This document shows, in pieces, positions 12,095 to 24,432 of a stretch of DNA of 51,402 nucleotides. Made by a program: the position numbers and the translations under genes. Origin of the DNA: Octopus bimaculoides. Its lineage: Eukaryota. The stretch is from contig NC_068983.1 in assembly GCF_001194135.2 (NCBI RefSeq), positions 59,330,893 through 59,382,294 of the forward strand, given 5' to 3'. Position 1 is the first letter of the stretch. Each line of letters starts with the position of its first letter. The notes beneath the pieces are model-generated. The model saw only the letters and a list, made by a program, of their open reading frames with translations. It was not told where the DNA came from and did not search any database.

Positions 12095-12320
12095 GTGAAG
12101 GCAGTGAGCTGGTAGGATCGTTAGTGCATTGGACATAACACTTCAGGGCAGTTTTTTCTGGATCTTCATGCTCTGAGTTCAAATCTGCTGAAGTTGATTT
12201 TACCTTCCGCCCTTTCAGAGTCAATAAAAACTAAGCACTAATTGAACATTTGAATAGATGTAATAAACATTACCCATTACCCTATAATTGCTGGCCCTGT
12301 GCCAAACTTTGAAATCATTA
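12095..12320 (+). mobile_element. Family C SINE, diverged
   Basis: GCAGTGAGCTGGTAGGATCGTTAG...GAGTTCAAATCT...TGCTGGCCCTGTGCC. Confidence 0.75.
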
Positions 12321-12654
12321 TGGTGACTATTAACTTAGAATTTAACAAATAATTTGTATTAAAGTCAGACTATAACAAGTTTATATAGACAGACTGAAAT
12401 GGTTCTTATATTACATTTGCTTTTCCTTGAAGGAATTAACTTTTGTTTCAAAGACAAGAGCCAGTAATTAAACAGGAAACACCAAATGTTTAATCTGTAT
12501 CACAGACAAGTTATTTTGTTTCAATTTTGTTCAAACAATATGATTGAGAGCTTAAAAAGTTATGCTGCCTGCTTATTGAATAACTTCCTCTGTAGATCAC
12601 ATTAATATTTAACGCAAACATTTAAGGATGTCATTGTTATCGACATTATCATCA

Positions 12655-12780
12655 TCTTAACATCTACTTTTCTATGCATGCAGGGTTAAGGAAGGAGTAT
12701 TTTGGAGTAGACTGTTCCACATTCAGATGTCCTTACTGTCACTAAACCCCATTTGTTTGCAAGTGAGATAATATTTTCAC
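12655..12780 (-). mobile_element. Family A-related subfamily fragment
   Basis: Reverse strand reads ...AGTGACAGTAAGGACATC...AACCCTGCATGCATAGAAAAGTAGATGTTAAGATGATG; similar to 42110-42222. Confidence 0.5.
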
Positions 12781-12834
12781 AGTGTTTGAAACAACAAATA
12801 CCCCAGACATGCTTATGTGCATAAACAAGACTTT

Positions 12835-13215
12835 TATCTTTTACTTGTTTCAGTCATTAGATTGCGACCATACTGGGGCGGCACTGCCTTGAAGAATTTT
12901 AGTTGAATGAATAAAACCCAGCACTAATTTTTTTTTTTTTTTCGTTTTGAAGCTTAGTACTTATTCTATCAGATTTTTTTGCCAAACTGCTAAGTTATAG
13001 GGATGTAAACAAACCAACACCAGTTGTCAAGCAGTGGTGGGGGACAAGCACAGACACAAAGACACACACATATGTACGATGGGCTTCTTTCAGTTTCTGT
13101 CTTCCAAATCCACTTTGGTTGGCTCAAGACTGTAGCAGAAGACACTTGCTCAAGGCACCATGCAGTGGGTCTGAACTTGGAACCATTTAGTTGGGAAGCA
13201 AATTTCTTACCACAC
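12835..13215 (-). mobile_element. Family B SINE, full length
   Basis: Head, core and tail all present on the minus strand. Confidence 0.85.
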
Positions 13216-13369
13216 AGTCATGCTCATGTAACATATCTAACAGCCGAGACATGCCTTTGAAAACTGATGTAATTGATTAAGTTATACAATGTTTGAATCA
13301 CTGATATGTTATAACATTTGTATTAATAATAATCATCTTCAAATCATTTTCCTTACCGCATTCATGCAA

Positions 13370-14040
13370 ATATTTGTTATTTCTTGTTTCCATCTATAAT
13401 AGATATTACCAGTTCTATTGAAGGCATTTTATATTCATGCAAGCAAGCATGATTTATAACAGTTACAATATATTTACCCTCTGTTCATTTCTTATGAATT
13501 GGTTAATATTGGATTGTCACCAAATTCATTAAGTTTCTTATTAATTATTTAATTAACATTCAATCATCTCTAATTTCATGTACTTTCTTACACTCTAGTT
13601 ATTTAACAATGGATCGTCACCAGTTTAATCCAGTTTTCAATATTTGGTTAATTAGCACTGGATTATCACCAGTCCTAAAGTTTCTTATTAATTGGTTAAT
13701 CATCAGTTCCACACACCTCATTATAATTTGTTTATTTAACCGTGATTATAACTAATTCTGTGTAGTTCCTTCCTAAATTGGTTGTTTGACATCAGATTAT
13801 CAGAGATTACATGCAGTTTCTTATATCCTGTTCATCTAGCATTGAATCACCATTAATTAATGCGGTGTCTTATGAAGTGGTTATTTAATACTTATTGCTG
13901 GAGAATTCATGTAGTTTATTGTGGAATGATTATCTAATATTGGATCCTCACAAATTCTTGCACTTACATAGAATTTGCTTATTTAACATTCATTATCACC
14001 AATTTCATGTAATTTTGTCTCATGGTGTATTTAAGAATTC
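13370..14040. repeat. Degenerate ~50-bp minisatellite, array 2
   Basis: TCACC/TCATC anchors at 13517, 13564, 13617 and 13666; approximate unit ATTGGATTATCACCAAATTCATGTAGTTTCTTATAAATTGGTTATTTAAC. Confidence 0.7.
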
Positions 14041-14627
14041 TGTATATATAGCCTTAAAAAAAAATAGCATTTCAGTCTAAGTTCTTTCAATTTCATTTCA
14101 AATTTAGATAATTGAAATAATTCTTTCTTAAGTGCAGAAGCTGAGTCAATGGAGAGGAGTTGCAAGCAGTTTAAATGCACAAGTCTCCGATATCCAAAGG
14201 GTTAAAAGTCTCAGCAGAAAGATACCCGGGAGTCATAACCTGGATGCAGCCCTGCCCTTTAGGGCGTAAGAAGTTAGGGGCTGAAACTCTTACCTGAGGT
14301 GGGAGGGGCTTCTCTAAAGACCTTCACCTGTTCAGCTCTTTTGAGAGTTTCTTACCACTCTTCCTTAATGTAAAAAGTATTTCAATTTTCCATTATTTCA
14401 AATGTAAAATCCATAATGAGAGAAACTGATAAGGGTTTGCACCAAACCAATAATAAATACTCATAGAAGTGTAGCTTTTAAATCAAATGTGGCTACAATG
14501 AAGAAAGAAAAATGTTTGACATTTTGGACAACAAACCAGCATCAAAAATATGGATCTTTTATTTTCTCCACCTAATTACATTGGTTTGATTTTTTTTTTT
14601 TTTTTTCTTTGAGCTGTATATTCTTTT

Positions 14628-14825
14628 CTACTCTAGGCACAAGGCCCGAAATTTTGGGGGAGGGAGGCCAGTCGATTACATCAACCCCGGTATGCAACTG
14701 CTACTTAATTTATCAACCCCGAAAAGATGACGGGCAAAGTTGAACTCAGAATGTAAAGACAAGTGAAATAACTGCTAAGCATTTCGCCCGGTGTGCTAAT
14801 GTTTCTGCCAGTTTGCCACCTTCTT
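14628..14825 (-). mobile_element. Family C SINE
   Basis: Reverse complement of the family C head and core. Confidence 0.85.
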
Positions 14826-14874
14826 TGGACTGTATATTGTGCAATCTCTTACTTTCTATGTGATAAAATCCTCA

Positions 14875-15010
14875 AGGCACAGGCATGACTGTGTAGCAAA
14901 AGAGATCAATAGAATAAGTACCAGGGTTAAAAAAATAAGTACTGGGGTCAAAATTCTTCAAGTGGTGCTCCAGCATGGCTACTGTCTACATGACTGAACC
15001 AAGTAAAAAA
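14875..15010 (+). mobile_element. Family B SINE, internally deleted
   Basis: GGCATGACTGTGTAGC joined directly to AAAAGAGATCAATAGAATAAGTAC...CAGCATGG tail. Confidence 0.7.
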
Positions 15011-15104
15011 TCAAAGATATGAGGGAAAGAAAATCAATGGGAAAAATTTTTTTCTTTGGGATTTCTTTTGACATTCAGAATTATATTAATTTAATCAAAG
15101 GAGG

Positions 15105-15245
15105 CAATGAGCTGGAGGAACTGGTTAGTCAAATTTCTTCTGGCTCTATATTCTGGTTCTGGGTTCAAATGCCACTAAGGTTCACTTTGCCTTTCAACTT
15201 TTTGGGATCGATAAAAATATATCAATTGAGCAGTGGGGGTCAATG
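15105..15245 (+). mobile_element. Family C SINE, diverged
   Basis: GAGCTGG...GGGTTCAAATGCC...ACTTTGCCTTTCA. Confidence 0.7.
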
Positions 15246-15480
15246 TGGTAACTAGGTCAGCTAGAAATATCAGAAAAATCCCAGAGGAATGCATCACAAG
15301 CAGCAAAGGCTTTCATGAGAAAGAAAAGCAACCAAACATACAAATTTTCATGAAAGAGATGTGAAAATGTTGATATTAAGAGAAGGGCAACCAGCAAGAT
15401 CACATTTTCCCTTAAGATAGATACATATAAAATAAAGAGCACTATATTTATAATAATACAAGTGAAATGAATAAAGTGAC

Positions 15481-15698
15481 TTAACCCTTTTGATACCAAC
15501 CTGTCTGAAACTGTAGTACAAATGTCTTGTTTTCATAGGTTCTGAATTAAAATCTTCCACCAAACCTTAGTCACAATTTATGTTCCTAACACTAGCTTAA
15601 TGATAACTAAGTTATTTTACTAAATTTTTTGTTATATTTAAAATTGATTGAAAGAAACACAGAGCATCTCAACAGAAATATGGTAATGAAAGGGTTAA
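15481..15698 (+). mobile_element. piggyBac-type MITE
   Basis: TTAA|CCCTTT ... AAAGGG|TTAA ends; near-identical copy 17 bp downstream. Confidence 0.85.
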
Positions 15699-15714
15699 AG
15701 TCACCATGATATTT

Positions 15715-15944
15715 TTAACCCTTTTGTTACTAACCCGGCTGAAACCACCTTTGGCTCTGTAGTACAAATGTCTTGTTTTCATAAGTTCTGAATTAAAATC
15801 TTCCACCAAACATTAGTCACAATTAATGTTCCTAACACTAGCTGAATATTAACTAAGTTATTTTACTAAATTCTTTGTTATATTTAAGATTAATTGAAAG
15901 AAACACAGAGCATCTCAAAATGAATATGGTAAAGAAAGGGTTAA
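15715..15944 (+). mobile_element. piggyBac-type MITE, tandem second copy
   Basis: TTAACCCTTTT ... GAAAGGGTTAA; internal sequence aligns with 15481-15698. Confidence 0.85.
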
Positions 15945-18026
15945 AGCTAGAAAGAAGAAATTCATGCTGAACTTGACATTGTTTTCCTTTACCACAGGAA
16001 AGTGTGGTAAAAAAAAAGTACAACTTGTGTACCTTAATATTTATTGCTATACCATAATTAATATTCTCTTATATACATCATCATCTAGTTACATCCCTTA
16101 ACAGTTAATTGCTTGTAGGCACACCATATTTCGTTTATCAACCATAATATATTAAATGTTTGTACTGTGTGCAACTTTTTGTGTTGGCTATGCAACTTAG
16201 CCCCTTTTAAGTTATTCCTACAGATCTATAGAATTTAGAGCCAACATTAAAAGTTCCAAATTTCCCTATACAAATGTGCGTTTGTAAATAATGTGGTTAA
16301 AGATAGAAAAAGAAGTAACATGTGTTTATACTTATTTCAGGTGTGATTGCTTCTTCTTCAGTATCACATTCAACCCATTTACTAGCCATTGCTTAAATAG
16401 CCACTAAGTTTAGCAGTGTAACACTATTGCATAGACCAATTTACGTATTAACAGTTATATACCCTTAATAAACATTTAGGTTCACCCCTTAATATTAAGA
16501 TATTCAGTTATATACCTCAACATTCTTCTTGAGTTGCATTTGCATTTCATCCCACTGGGTTGATAAATACATACCAGTAATATAACGGATTTTTGATTTA
16601 ATTTAATTAATTACCTCCGTCTGTGGAAAAATACAGCCTCTTGTGACAAAGCTGGAAATCATTATTTCAATGATTAAAAAATGTTGCTTGAGAAACATTA
16701 TTATGTTAAAGTATTAATGGAAAATTCCTGTGATGCAAAAAGTTCATTATGCTGAGCAAAGAAGATGGTAAAGGTGTGTGTATAACAGAAAGAGAGGCAA
16801 ATGAAGACTACAAACAGACACACAGCACTTAGCTGTGCATGTGTGGGTAGATGTTAGATGATGATGATGATGTATGTAAACCAATCATTTAGAAAGCATC
16901 ATGCAATACAGATAAGTACTGATATCTCACTGAGATTTTGAGGAATTGATAACGAGTACAAACGGTACTCCTCGGTGCCAGTAAAGGAATAAGGGAGGTT
17001 TCAGAAAAGATATGAATATCTGATAGGCCCTACCATATTAAAAAGGATGGAAAAAATTCAGAAGCTCCCTAGAAGTTTTAAGTGCATTTAACCCCTTGGA
17101 TCTGAAACTTGTCATGTTCTATTTGTTCCATTTGTTCTGCTTTGCTAAAATAATATTCCATATGGAGATCCTGGTTATCATTCTTGCATTCAGAAAATAA
17201 CAGAATGGATTTTGCTGATTGCTAAAAAAAATAAAATAAATAAAAGCTTGTTTTTTTTTTTTTAATAATCATCAAATCTAATGGTGTTTCAAAGCAAAAC
17301 ATGCTTCGATAGGGTTTAAAAAAGAAATTTACAATGCCATACTAGAATGTTGTTATGAGTTTGCTCTTTACTTTTTAGTTTGGCTCAGTTACCATATCAT
17401 AGTAGTTAACACATTAAAGTTATCAGCTCAGCTAGAAAGACATGGCTTCAATTTCACTTACATTTCCATCATATAGCCTTCAGTTTAACATTGCCAAGCT
17501 CACAGTTCATACATATGCTTTACAACCAGTCACCATTAAATCCACCCAAGACAAGGTATATGAGGAATTCTGGACATACAAGTAAAAACAAGCCTCGAGT
17601 CTTCAACACAGGCAGATTTCCATTAGTGTTGCACTCAAACTAGAACACAAGTCTTTTCCTTATATATGTTTTTCTATTTATTTTGTGTATGTGTGTGTGT
17701 GCATGTGCATGCATGCTTGTGTGCATGTGTGTGCGTGTGCGTGCAAGCACACGTGTGTGCTTTTTATATTTCAACAGAAGTAGCATTAGGAAAAGTTCAA
17801 TTACAACAGATTCAATTTGTCAAATGTATAAAATGTCAAGAAAAAATATTGCCATGGCAACCACCATTGCATTCACAATAGAAAGATGTTAACATGTTTA
17901 TATTGCAGTGATATAAACTGTGTGCATTTGTGATAGTGCATGTGTATGACAGCATGTGAACATGTGCATTTATATATACATACACATGCATGTACGTATG
18001 TATATATGCATGCATCTCTATCTATC

Positions 18027-18058
<32 letters not shown>

Positions 18059-18749
18059 CTATGTACACATATATCTGCACATATGTGTACACATGTGTAG
18101 ATATACATGCATTTCTCAAAAGTATGCAATGTGCTACAAATGGAAGTAATATATTTTTCATATTTTCCAAGAGTTTTACAAATTCTCAATTCAAATTACA
18201 AAATACACCATTTCCACTTGCTTTTTTTTTTTACACCATTACATAATGCTTTGACAATAGTTGTACAATAGACACCTTTCATAGAATATGCTATTGTTGA
18301 AAAAAAATTGCGCTTTTCTCTCTGTGGTTTCGTCTCTTTTGCTTGTTTTTGTATTTATTGCTACTAGTGTTGTTGTTGTGGTTGTTCGTTTTCTCCAAAA
18401 TTTGGTTGATACTTGACAGATGCTGATAACCTGTTAGCAAAATAAATTCTAGCCTCTATCATCACTATCTTTATCAGTAAAGTTTTATAGATAATGAGAA
18501 TTATTGTGAAGGGCAGTAAAGTACTGGCCTTTATCAATCATCACCACAATTGTCATCATCATCATTCTAGGCTAAATCAATAATTATCATCACTATCCTG
18601 AGGTCAGACAAATGATAACAAATTTTCTCAGCCTGTAAAGTGTTATTAAATTACTTTCTGCTCTGCAAGTCACTGTTAGAAATGGGAGATGTAAGTATTA
18701 GTTGCCAAACAGCTATTGGATATAAACAAAATTACGCACACATATATGT

Positions 18750-18780
<31 letters not shown>

Positions 18781-18790
18781 TGTATATAAA

Positions 18791-18964
18791 TAAAAGCACC
18801 CACTACACTCTCAGCGTGGTTGGAATTAGGAAGGGCATCCAGCCGTAGAAAACCATGCCAAATCAGATCGGAGTCTGGTGTAGCCTTCCAGCTTACCAGC
18901 CCTGGTCAAACCATCCAACCCATGCCAGCATGGACAATAGACGTTGAATGATGATGATGATGAT
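18791..18964 (+). mobile_element. Family A element
   Basis: AGGAAGGGCATCCAGC core and (GAT)n tail. Confidence 0.85.
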
Positions 18965-19159
18965 ATATAACACCTGGTATCTTTTATTTACAGTGACTAG
19001 TGCAACTAACCATTGAACAATGACAGGACTAACATAAAGTGCTGTCTCCCATGTCAGTTTGTAGTGTCCACCTTTTTGGTCTCTGTTACTGAAGGGGAGA
19101 TAACTCCAAAATGCATGCATCCAACAGTCTGGTTAGGGGAGCACTATATATATATAGTC

Positions 19160-19280
19160 ACAGGCATGGTTGTGTAGTTCAGTTCACTTCATAACCACAT
19201 GATTTTGGGTTCACTCCCATTGTGTGGTACCTTGACCCAACTGTTTCTAGAACCTTAGGCTGGCCAAAATCTTGTGAAAT
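19160..19280 (+). mobile_element. Family B SINE 5' fragment
   Basis: GGCATGGTTGTGTAG...AACCACATGATTTTGGGTTCACTCCC. Confidence 0.6.
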
Positions 19281-19349
19281 TTCTACCTTACTGTTCTCTT
19301 CTATTGCCTCATTCCAACAATATCTCCATGATGGTCATTTTCATTTGTG

Positions 19350-19502
19350 TCTTATTGCAGGAGACCAGCTCTAAAATGTCATTCTAAGAAAAAAATATCA
19401 CATGAAAATCTCAAAGTGACAAGATAATGGATGATTAATTCAAAACAACGTGAATAGATAAGCATTACATTTAACAAAGTAATCTGAATGTTAAAGGGTT
19501 TA
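19350..19502. mobile_element. One end of a second TTAA-type MITE family
   Basis: Ends ...CTGAATGTTAAAGGGTTTA; the opposite end was not found. Confidence 0.4.
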
Positions 19503-20853
19503 TGCTGGCATTCATTTTGGTTTTGAAAAGAAACCCAACATATAAAGTAGTTTTAGTTTTGAGAAGACTGCATGTGCTTAAATGTCCACAGATACCAAAA
19601 TAACCATAATTACAGAATCACCAAATACTACAAAAGAAGACAACAAGCCTCAATGCAAGGAATGAGTGGGTGTGTGATGAATGGTTTCAAGAATGGAAAC
19701 CTCACTGAAGTCAACATTCAGAGAATATAGCGGATGAATGAAATGATGAGAATATAATGAAAAATGCCTAGGGACCGACTTTAATTAAATGATTTAGTTT
19801 TATAGTAGCTGACAGTATAGCAATGCAATTTCACAACAGATTACATGAATAGTTTTCATTGTCAGTAACTACTTCTATAGATTTTTCTGTTAGTCTCTAA
19901 ACGATAGCTTTATATTCAAATTTATAGCAGGTAAATTTGAGTTAGCAAAACAGCTACCAGCAGAAGTAGTTCCAGGTGCTGTGACAAATAATTCTGAATG
20001 TAGATGCCATCTGGTAAGCCATTACAAAGCTTGTATCATCCTGCTATACAAACTGTTTGTACATGCATACATTTTCCTACACACACACCAAGAAACACAT
20101 TTATCTTTGACTGATAGGTCAATATATCAATACTCAGAAAGCATGAGGTCTCCATCCCCTTTCTGTTCATAAACTACATGTTGAAGTAGGTTCAGGTGTT
20201 GCTACAAATAATTTTGAACAAAGATGCCAAAATGGTAAAATGGATGCTGGAATAATGACTATGACAATGATAGCTATGATAAAATAAAAGTTACTGGTGC
20301 CAAATTATTTCTTCATGGAAATGATTCTACAAGAAGAAAGTGTAAGGTAGAAAAGTCAATAAACATTCAGAAAATGGCAGAAACTTTCTGTGACAATAAT
20401 GGCTGAAATAGTTGATGGTCAGCCATATGTAAGGTCCTTCTTTTTCTTCTTTAGAAAAAAGGTGTCATTAATGAGTGTTGGGGCTGTGGTAGCAGATGAG
20501 GTGAGGAACAGAGGTGACTCAGATTTATGTAGGGGGTCGTTTCTTCCTTTTGCTGGAAGCTGGGTTGACAAACGTCAAATGCCCATCTGAGAGAGTTGGT
20601 GCTCCCTTCAAAGGCTGGTTCAAACAAGCTGGGGGACAATTGAAAATGTGGCTGGCAATGGGAAAGGCATATGTGGAAGCACTCTCAGGCCCTCAAGTCT
20701 ATGGTCTTCAGCAGGGGAACTGGAAGTGGGTATCCATTACAGCCTCAACTGCGGCTGACTGTTGGATGTAGTCAGCATTCTTAGGGGACATTGTGAACTC
20801 ATTGTTTGGAGCTGATTCAACCCATCCCAGGTGACTCCCGCAGTAAGTACAAA

Positions 20854-21170
20854 TATTGGGTCATCCCATACATAAGTCGGTGTTTTCGATTGCATGAACT
20901 AAAAGTTGGAGGGGGACAGGATAAACTACCTGCATCAACTTGCTATGAAAGCAGGTAGTAATTTTACTTTGTACTTATTCTTAGTGCAAGTTTTGAAGAG
21001 TGCAGTTCGATTTTAACAGTTACTTTTTTCAAAGCTATCATGGAAGTGACAAAGCAACATATTTTGCTTTATGAATTCAAGAAAGACAACAACACAATGG
21101 AAAGTGTGAGGAATATTAATGCAGTATTTGTGAATCAGAAAATAAGCATAAGCCAGGGTCGATGGTGGCA
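20854..21170 (+). mobile_element. mariner transposon 5' fragment (TIR plus transposase N-terminus)
   Basis: TA|TTGGGTCATCCCATACATAAGTCGGTG resembles a mariner TIR. ATG at 21040 gives MEVTKQHILLYEFKKDNNTMESVRNINAVFVNQKISISQGRWW, matching the mariner HTH N-terminus pattern (ILLYEF..G....E..RNIN). Confidence 0.75.
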
Positions 21171-21189
21171 AATCATCCCTTAATATTAA

Positions 21190-21395
21190 AGTGGGGAGCT
21201 GGCAGAATTGTTACCTCTTGGGGCAAAATGCTTAACAGCTTTCCATCTGTGTTTACATTCTGAATTCAAATTCTGTTGGGATCAACTTCGCCTTTCATCC
21301 TTTTGGAGTTGATAAAATAAGTACCAGTTGATCACTGGGGTCAATATAATCAACTTACCCCCTCCTCTGAAATGCTGGCCTTGCACCAAAATTTG
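21190..21395 (+). mobile_element. Family C SINE
   Basis: GGGGAGCTGGCAGAATTGTTA...GAATTCAAATTC...GCCTTTCATCCTTTTGGAG. Confidence 0.85.
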
Positions 21396-21944
21396 ACACC
21401 AATATTCATGAGTACTCATGAAATTGTATAATTAACAGGAATTAAAACAGGAAATCAGTGGTTGTCACACCATGATGCCAATGTGAATATTCATCTTGTA
21501 GCAGATGGTAAAAATGTGACTGTTGCTAAAAAGAAAGAATTTTAATTACAAGCTAAAAGCAATGGTAAAGGAACAATTAAAAACAATTGTAAATATTCAT
21601 GAGTTACAGAGTACTTAACGAGTTTCTGTTTAATAACAAGTACTGATATAAGTCTTGGTTGGTCAGTTGATCGGTTCTTCTTGTTTCTCTGTACATTGTA
21701 AAGACAGAGAGGGAGAGAGAGAGATACAAAGAGAATTAACATAAGAGGTGCAGGATGAGTGTCTCTGAAAAAGTCTCTGAAAAATGCACATTTTTTACTT
21801 ATGAAGTTTTGTGCAGACAAGTTTCTTCATGTAGTAGATTATGATTATGTTGATCAAATTTAAGAAAATAACAACATATATTTATTGCCAAAATATAAAT
21901 GAGAAATTCCATCATCATCATCAGCATCATCATCACCACTACTA

Positions 21945-22225
21945 CTGCCACCACCATCATCACCATTATTTAATGCTTGTTTTCCATGCTGGCATGGGTT
22001 GGACAGTTTGACAGGTGCTGACAAGTCAGAGAGCTGCACTAGTTTCCAATTGTCTGCTTTGGCATGTTTTCTACAGCTGGATGCCCTTCCTAATGCCAAC
22101 CACTTTACAGAGTGTACTGGGTGCTTTTTACAATGCAGCAGCACCAGTGCTTTATAGGTGACACCATCATGGGGTTCTTTATATGTGACACCAGCATAGG
22201 TGCTTTTTACGTGGCACTAGCACAG
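21945..22225 (-). mobile_element. Family A element with multiple 5' modules
   Basis: Core and (GAT)n tail on the minus strand; four GTG(C/T)CAC..AAAAAGCACC-like modules upstream. Confidence 0.8.
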
Positions 22226-22295
22226 TCATAGCACAGTTGTATATAATTTTAAAGTAATAAACCTTTTTTCAAAAATTAGGATTCATTTTATTATT

Positions 22296-22485
22296 TGGCC
22301 CTCGTGCCGGTGGCACGTAAAAGCACCCACTACACTCTCGGAGTGGTTGGCATTAGGAAGGGCATCCAGCTGTAGAAACTCTGCCAAATCAGATTGGAGC
22401 CTGGTGTCGCCTCCTGGTCCACCAGTCCTCAGTCAAATCGTCCAACCCATCCTTGCATGGAAAGCAGACGTTAAATGACGATGAT
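22296..22485 (+). mobile_element. Family A element
   Basis: GGCCCTCGTGCCGGTGGCACGTAAAAGCACCC...AGGAAGGGCATCCAGC...tail. Confidence 0.9.
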
Positions 22486-23087
22486 TTTATTATTTAGTAT
22501 AAGCACCAAGAAATTTGATTAAAGTTAAATAACAATTATTGTCTGTATGCCATATTTCCTGATATCACCCACAGTGACTAAATTACACTTCTAGAGCTAC
22601 CTATCATCTAACAGGCAATATTCTAGTTTTAAAATAACTGACAACAGATTTAAAACAGGTATATTAATTGAGTGTAGAAAAACCATGCCACAAAGTGTGA
22701 ATAAGATGGTCAAAATGTGACGACTGATAAAGAAGAAGAATTAATTACTGCTAAAAACCTTGGTAAAAAGTAATTAAAAACAACTCTAATTATTCATGAA
22801 GTATTTCGGGAATTACATCATTTTATTTAGCTTCTTTTTGTTTTGTAATTTTCAGAGTTTTATTTTGTATTTTGCAAAATTTTCCCAAACTGATGGTTTT
22901 TCTTCAGATTTCTCAATTTTGATAATAATCCACCAGAAAAAAAAAATTATGCATGTGAAAGTTTCAAGGTGAAGATAATCTAATCATTGATTCATTCAAT
23001 CATCAACATCAGAATCATCATTATCACTGTGGTTGTGGTGGTGGTGTCATCAGCATGCTTGCCGCCATCAGCAATATCAATGGCACT

Positions 23088-23220
23088 TAGATTGTTGTTG
23101 TTGTTGTTATTGTTGTTGTTGTTGTTATTGTTGTTGTTGTTGTTGTTGTTGTTATTGTTGTTGGTGTTATTGTTGTTGGTGTTATTGTTGTTGTTGTTGG
23201 TGGTGGTGGTGGCGGTGGTA
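23088..23220. repeat. (TTG)n/(GGT)n trinucleotide microsatellite
   Basis: Read directly. Confidence 0.95.
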
Positions 23221-23344
23221 TCATTGTTGTTTAACCTCACGTTGGCACTAGACAAGCAATCCTACGATCAAAGGTATCCTAGCTATAACCATCTATTCTT
23301 TTTAGCTTTTTCCAGTCATAGTGTATCTAGGATTACATTAACTA

Positions 23345-23650
23345 ATATGTCTTTCCTTTCCCTCTGATAATGAGGTTGGATTTAAGAGTATTGGCTGCTA
23401 TTTCTTGCAGCTCAAGTCACCTTATAAAGGTTACCTGATTGCTTTGTTTCTTGTTGTCGTATCTGATGGTCAACTCAGTTAGCCCTGACAAAGCAGGGCT
23501 ATGAGTAAAAGTATTCTAACCATGACCATTCCAACTTTTCATACATTATCCAACTGACTGTATTGTTGAATATGTCCTTTCTTTTCAGATGTGATTTGAG
23601 GGCTATTTGGTGGCTATTTCTTGCAGGTTATGTGAACATGTAGAGGCTCA
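23345..23650 (+). mobile_element. Family D dispersed repeat (unclassified, SINE-like)
   Basis: GATTT(A/G)G(C/G)TGCTATTTCT(T/A)GCAG motif twice, plus CCATGACCATTCC; shared with 32772, 40262 and 47500. Confidence 0.55.
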
Positions 23651-24188
23651 TGGTTTCTGATGAGTACATATGTGTACATATGTATGTCTTTTGCTGTAAT
23701 ATATCTGTAAAAGAAGCAAACACTGCTATAAATTTACTAACACAAGCAAAAGTATAAACAGTGGTGAGACAAGTCATGAAAATATTACTCTAGGACGATG
23801 TCCTTAGAGATGCACTGAGAGACACTGCCTTGTCATTACTCTTCATAAAAGCAGGGAAGCAGTGATTGGATCATTGGAAATGAACAACCAACCATGTTGC
23901 TGTTGAGAAATTGTATTATAATTTTAAAAAAAACATGATATGGACATGAAGTGAGTTAACAGCAGGACAAAAGGGAAGAGAAATAATTAGAAGATTAAGA
24001 GGTGATACAGAGCAATGTTTAAAAAACTGGCACTCTGTGGGTTACAACAACAAAGGTTCCAATTGCTCTGATAAATGGAACAGCCTGCTCGTGAAATTAA
24101 TATGCAAGTGGCTGAGTGTTCCACAGACACATATACCCTTAATGTACTTCTCAGGGAGGTTCAGCATGACACGGAGTTTGACAAGGTT

Positions 24189-24432
24189 TCATCATCATCA
24201 TCATCATCATCATCGTTTAATGTCCGCTTTCCATGCTAGCATGGGTTGGACGATTTGACTGAGGACTGGTGAAACAAGATGGCTACACCAGGCTCCAATC
24301 TGATTTGGCAGAGTTTCTACAGCTGGATGCCCTTCCTAACGCCAACCACTCAGAGAGTGTAGTGGGTGCTTTTACGTGCCACCGACATGAAGGCCAGTCA
24401 GGTGGTACTGGCAACAGCCACGCTCAAAATGG
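24189..24432 (-). mobile_element. Family A element, young-looking copy
   Basis: Near-identical reverse complement of 1-187. Confidence 0.9.

Noticed and set aside
13680-13706. CUGAUGA...GAAAC on the minus strand
   Set aside because: Only three A-U pairs in stem II and no NUH; it lies inside the AT-rich minisatellite.
21405-21422. 18-bp perfect palindrome TTCATGAGTACTCATGAA
   Set aside because: Single occurrence at a SINE end with no supporting context.
22987-23367. Poly-Leu / poly-Asn / poly-Cys ORFs
   Set aside because: Translations of a (TTG)n microsatellite in several frames.
24259-24275. CUGAGGA...GAAAC hammerhead-like string antisense to family A
   Set aside because: Only 5 nt between the halves with no stem II, no stem III or NUH, and GAAA is not conserved among copies.
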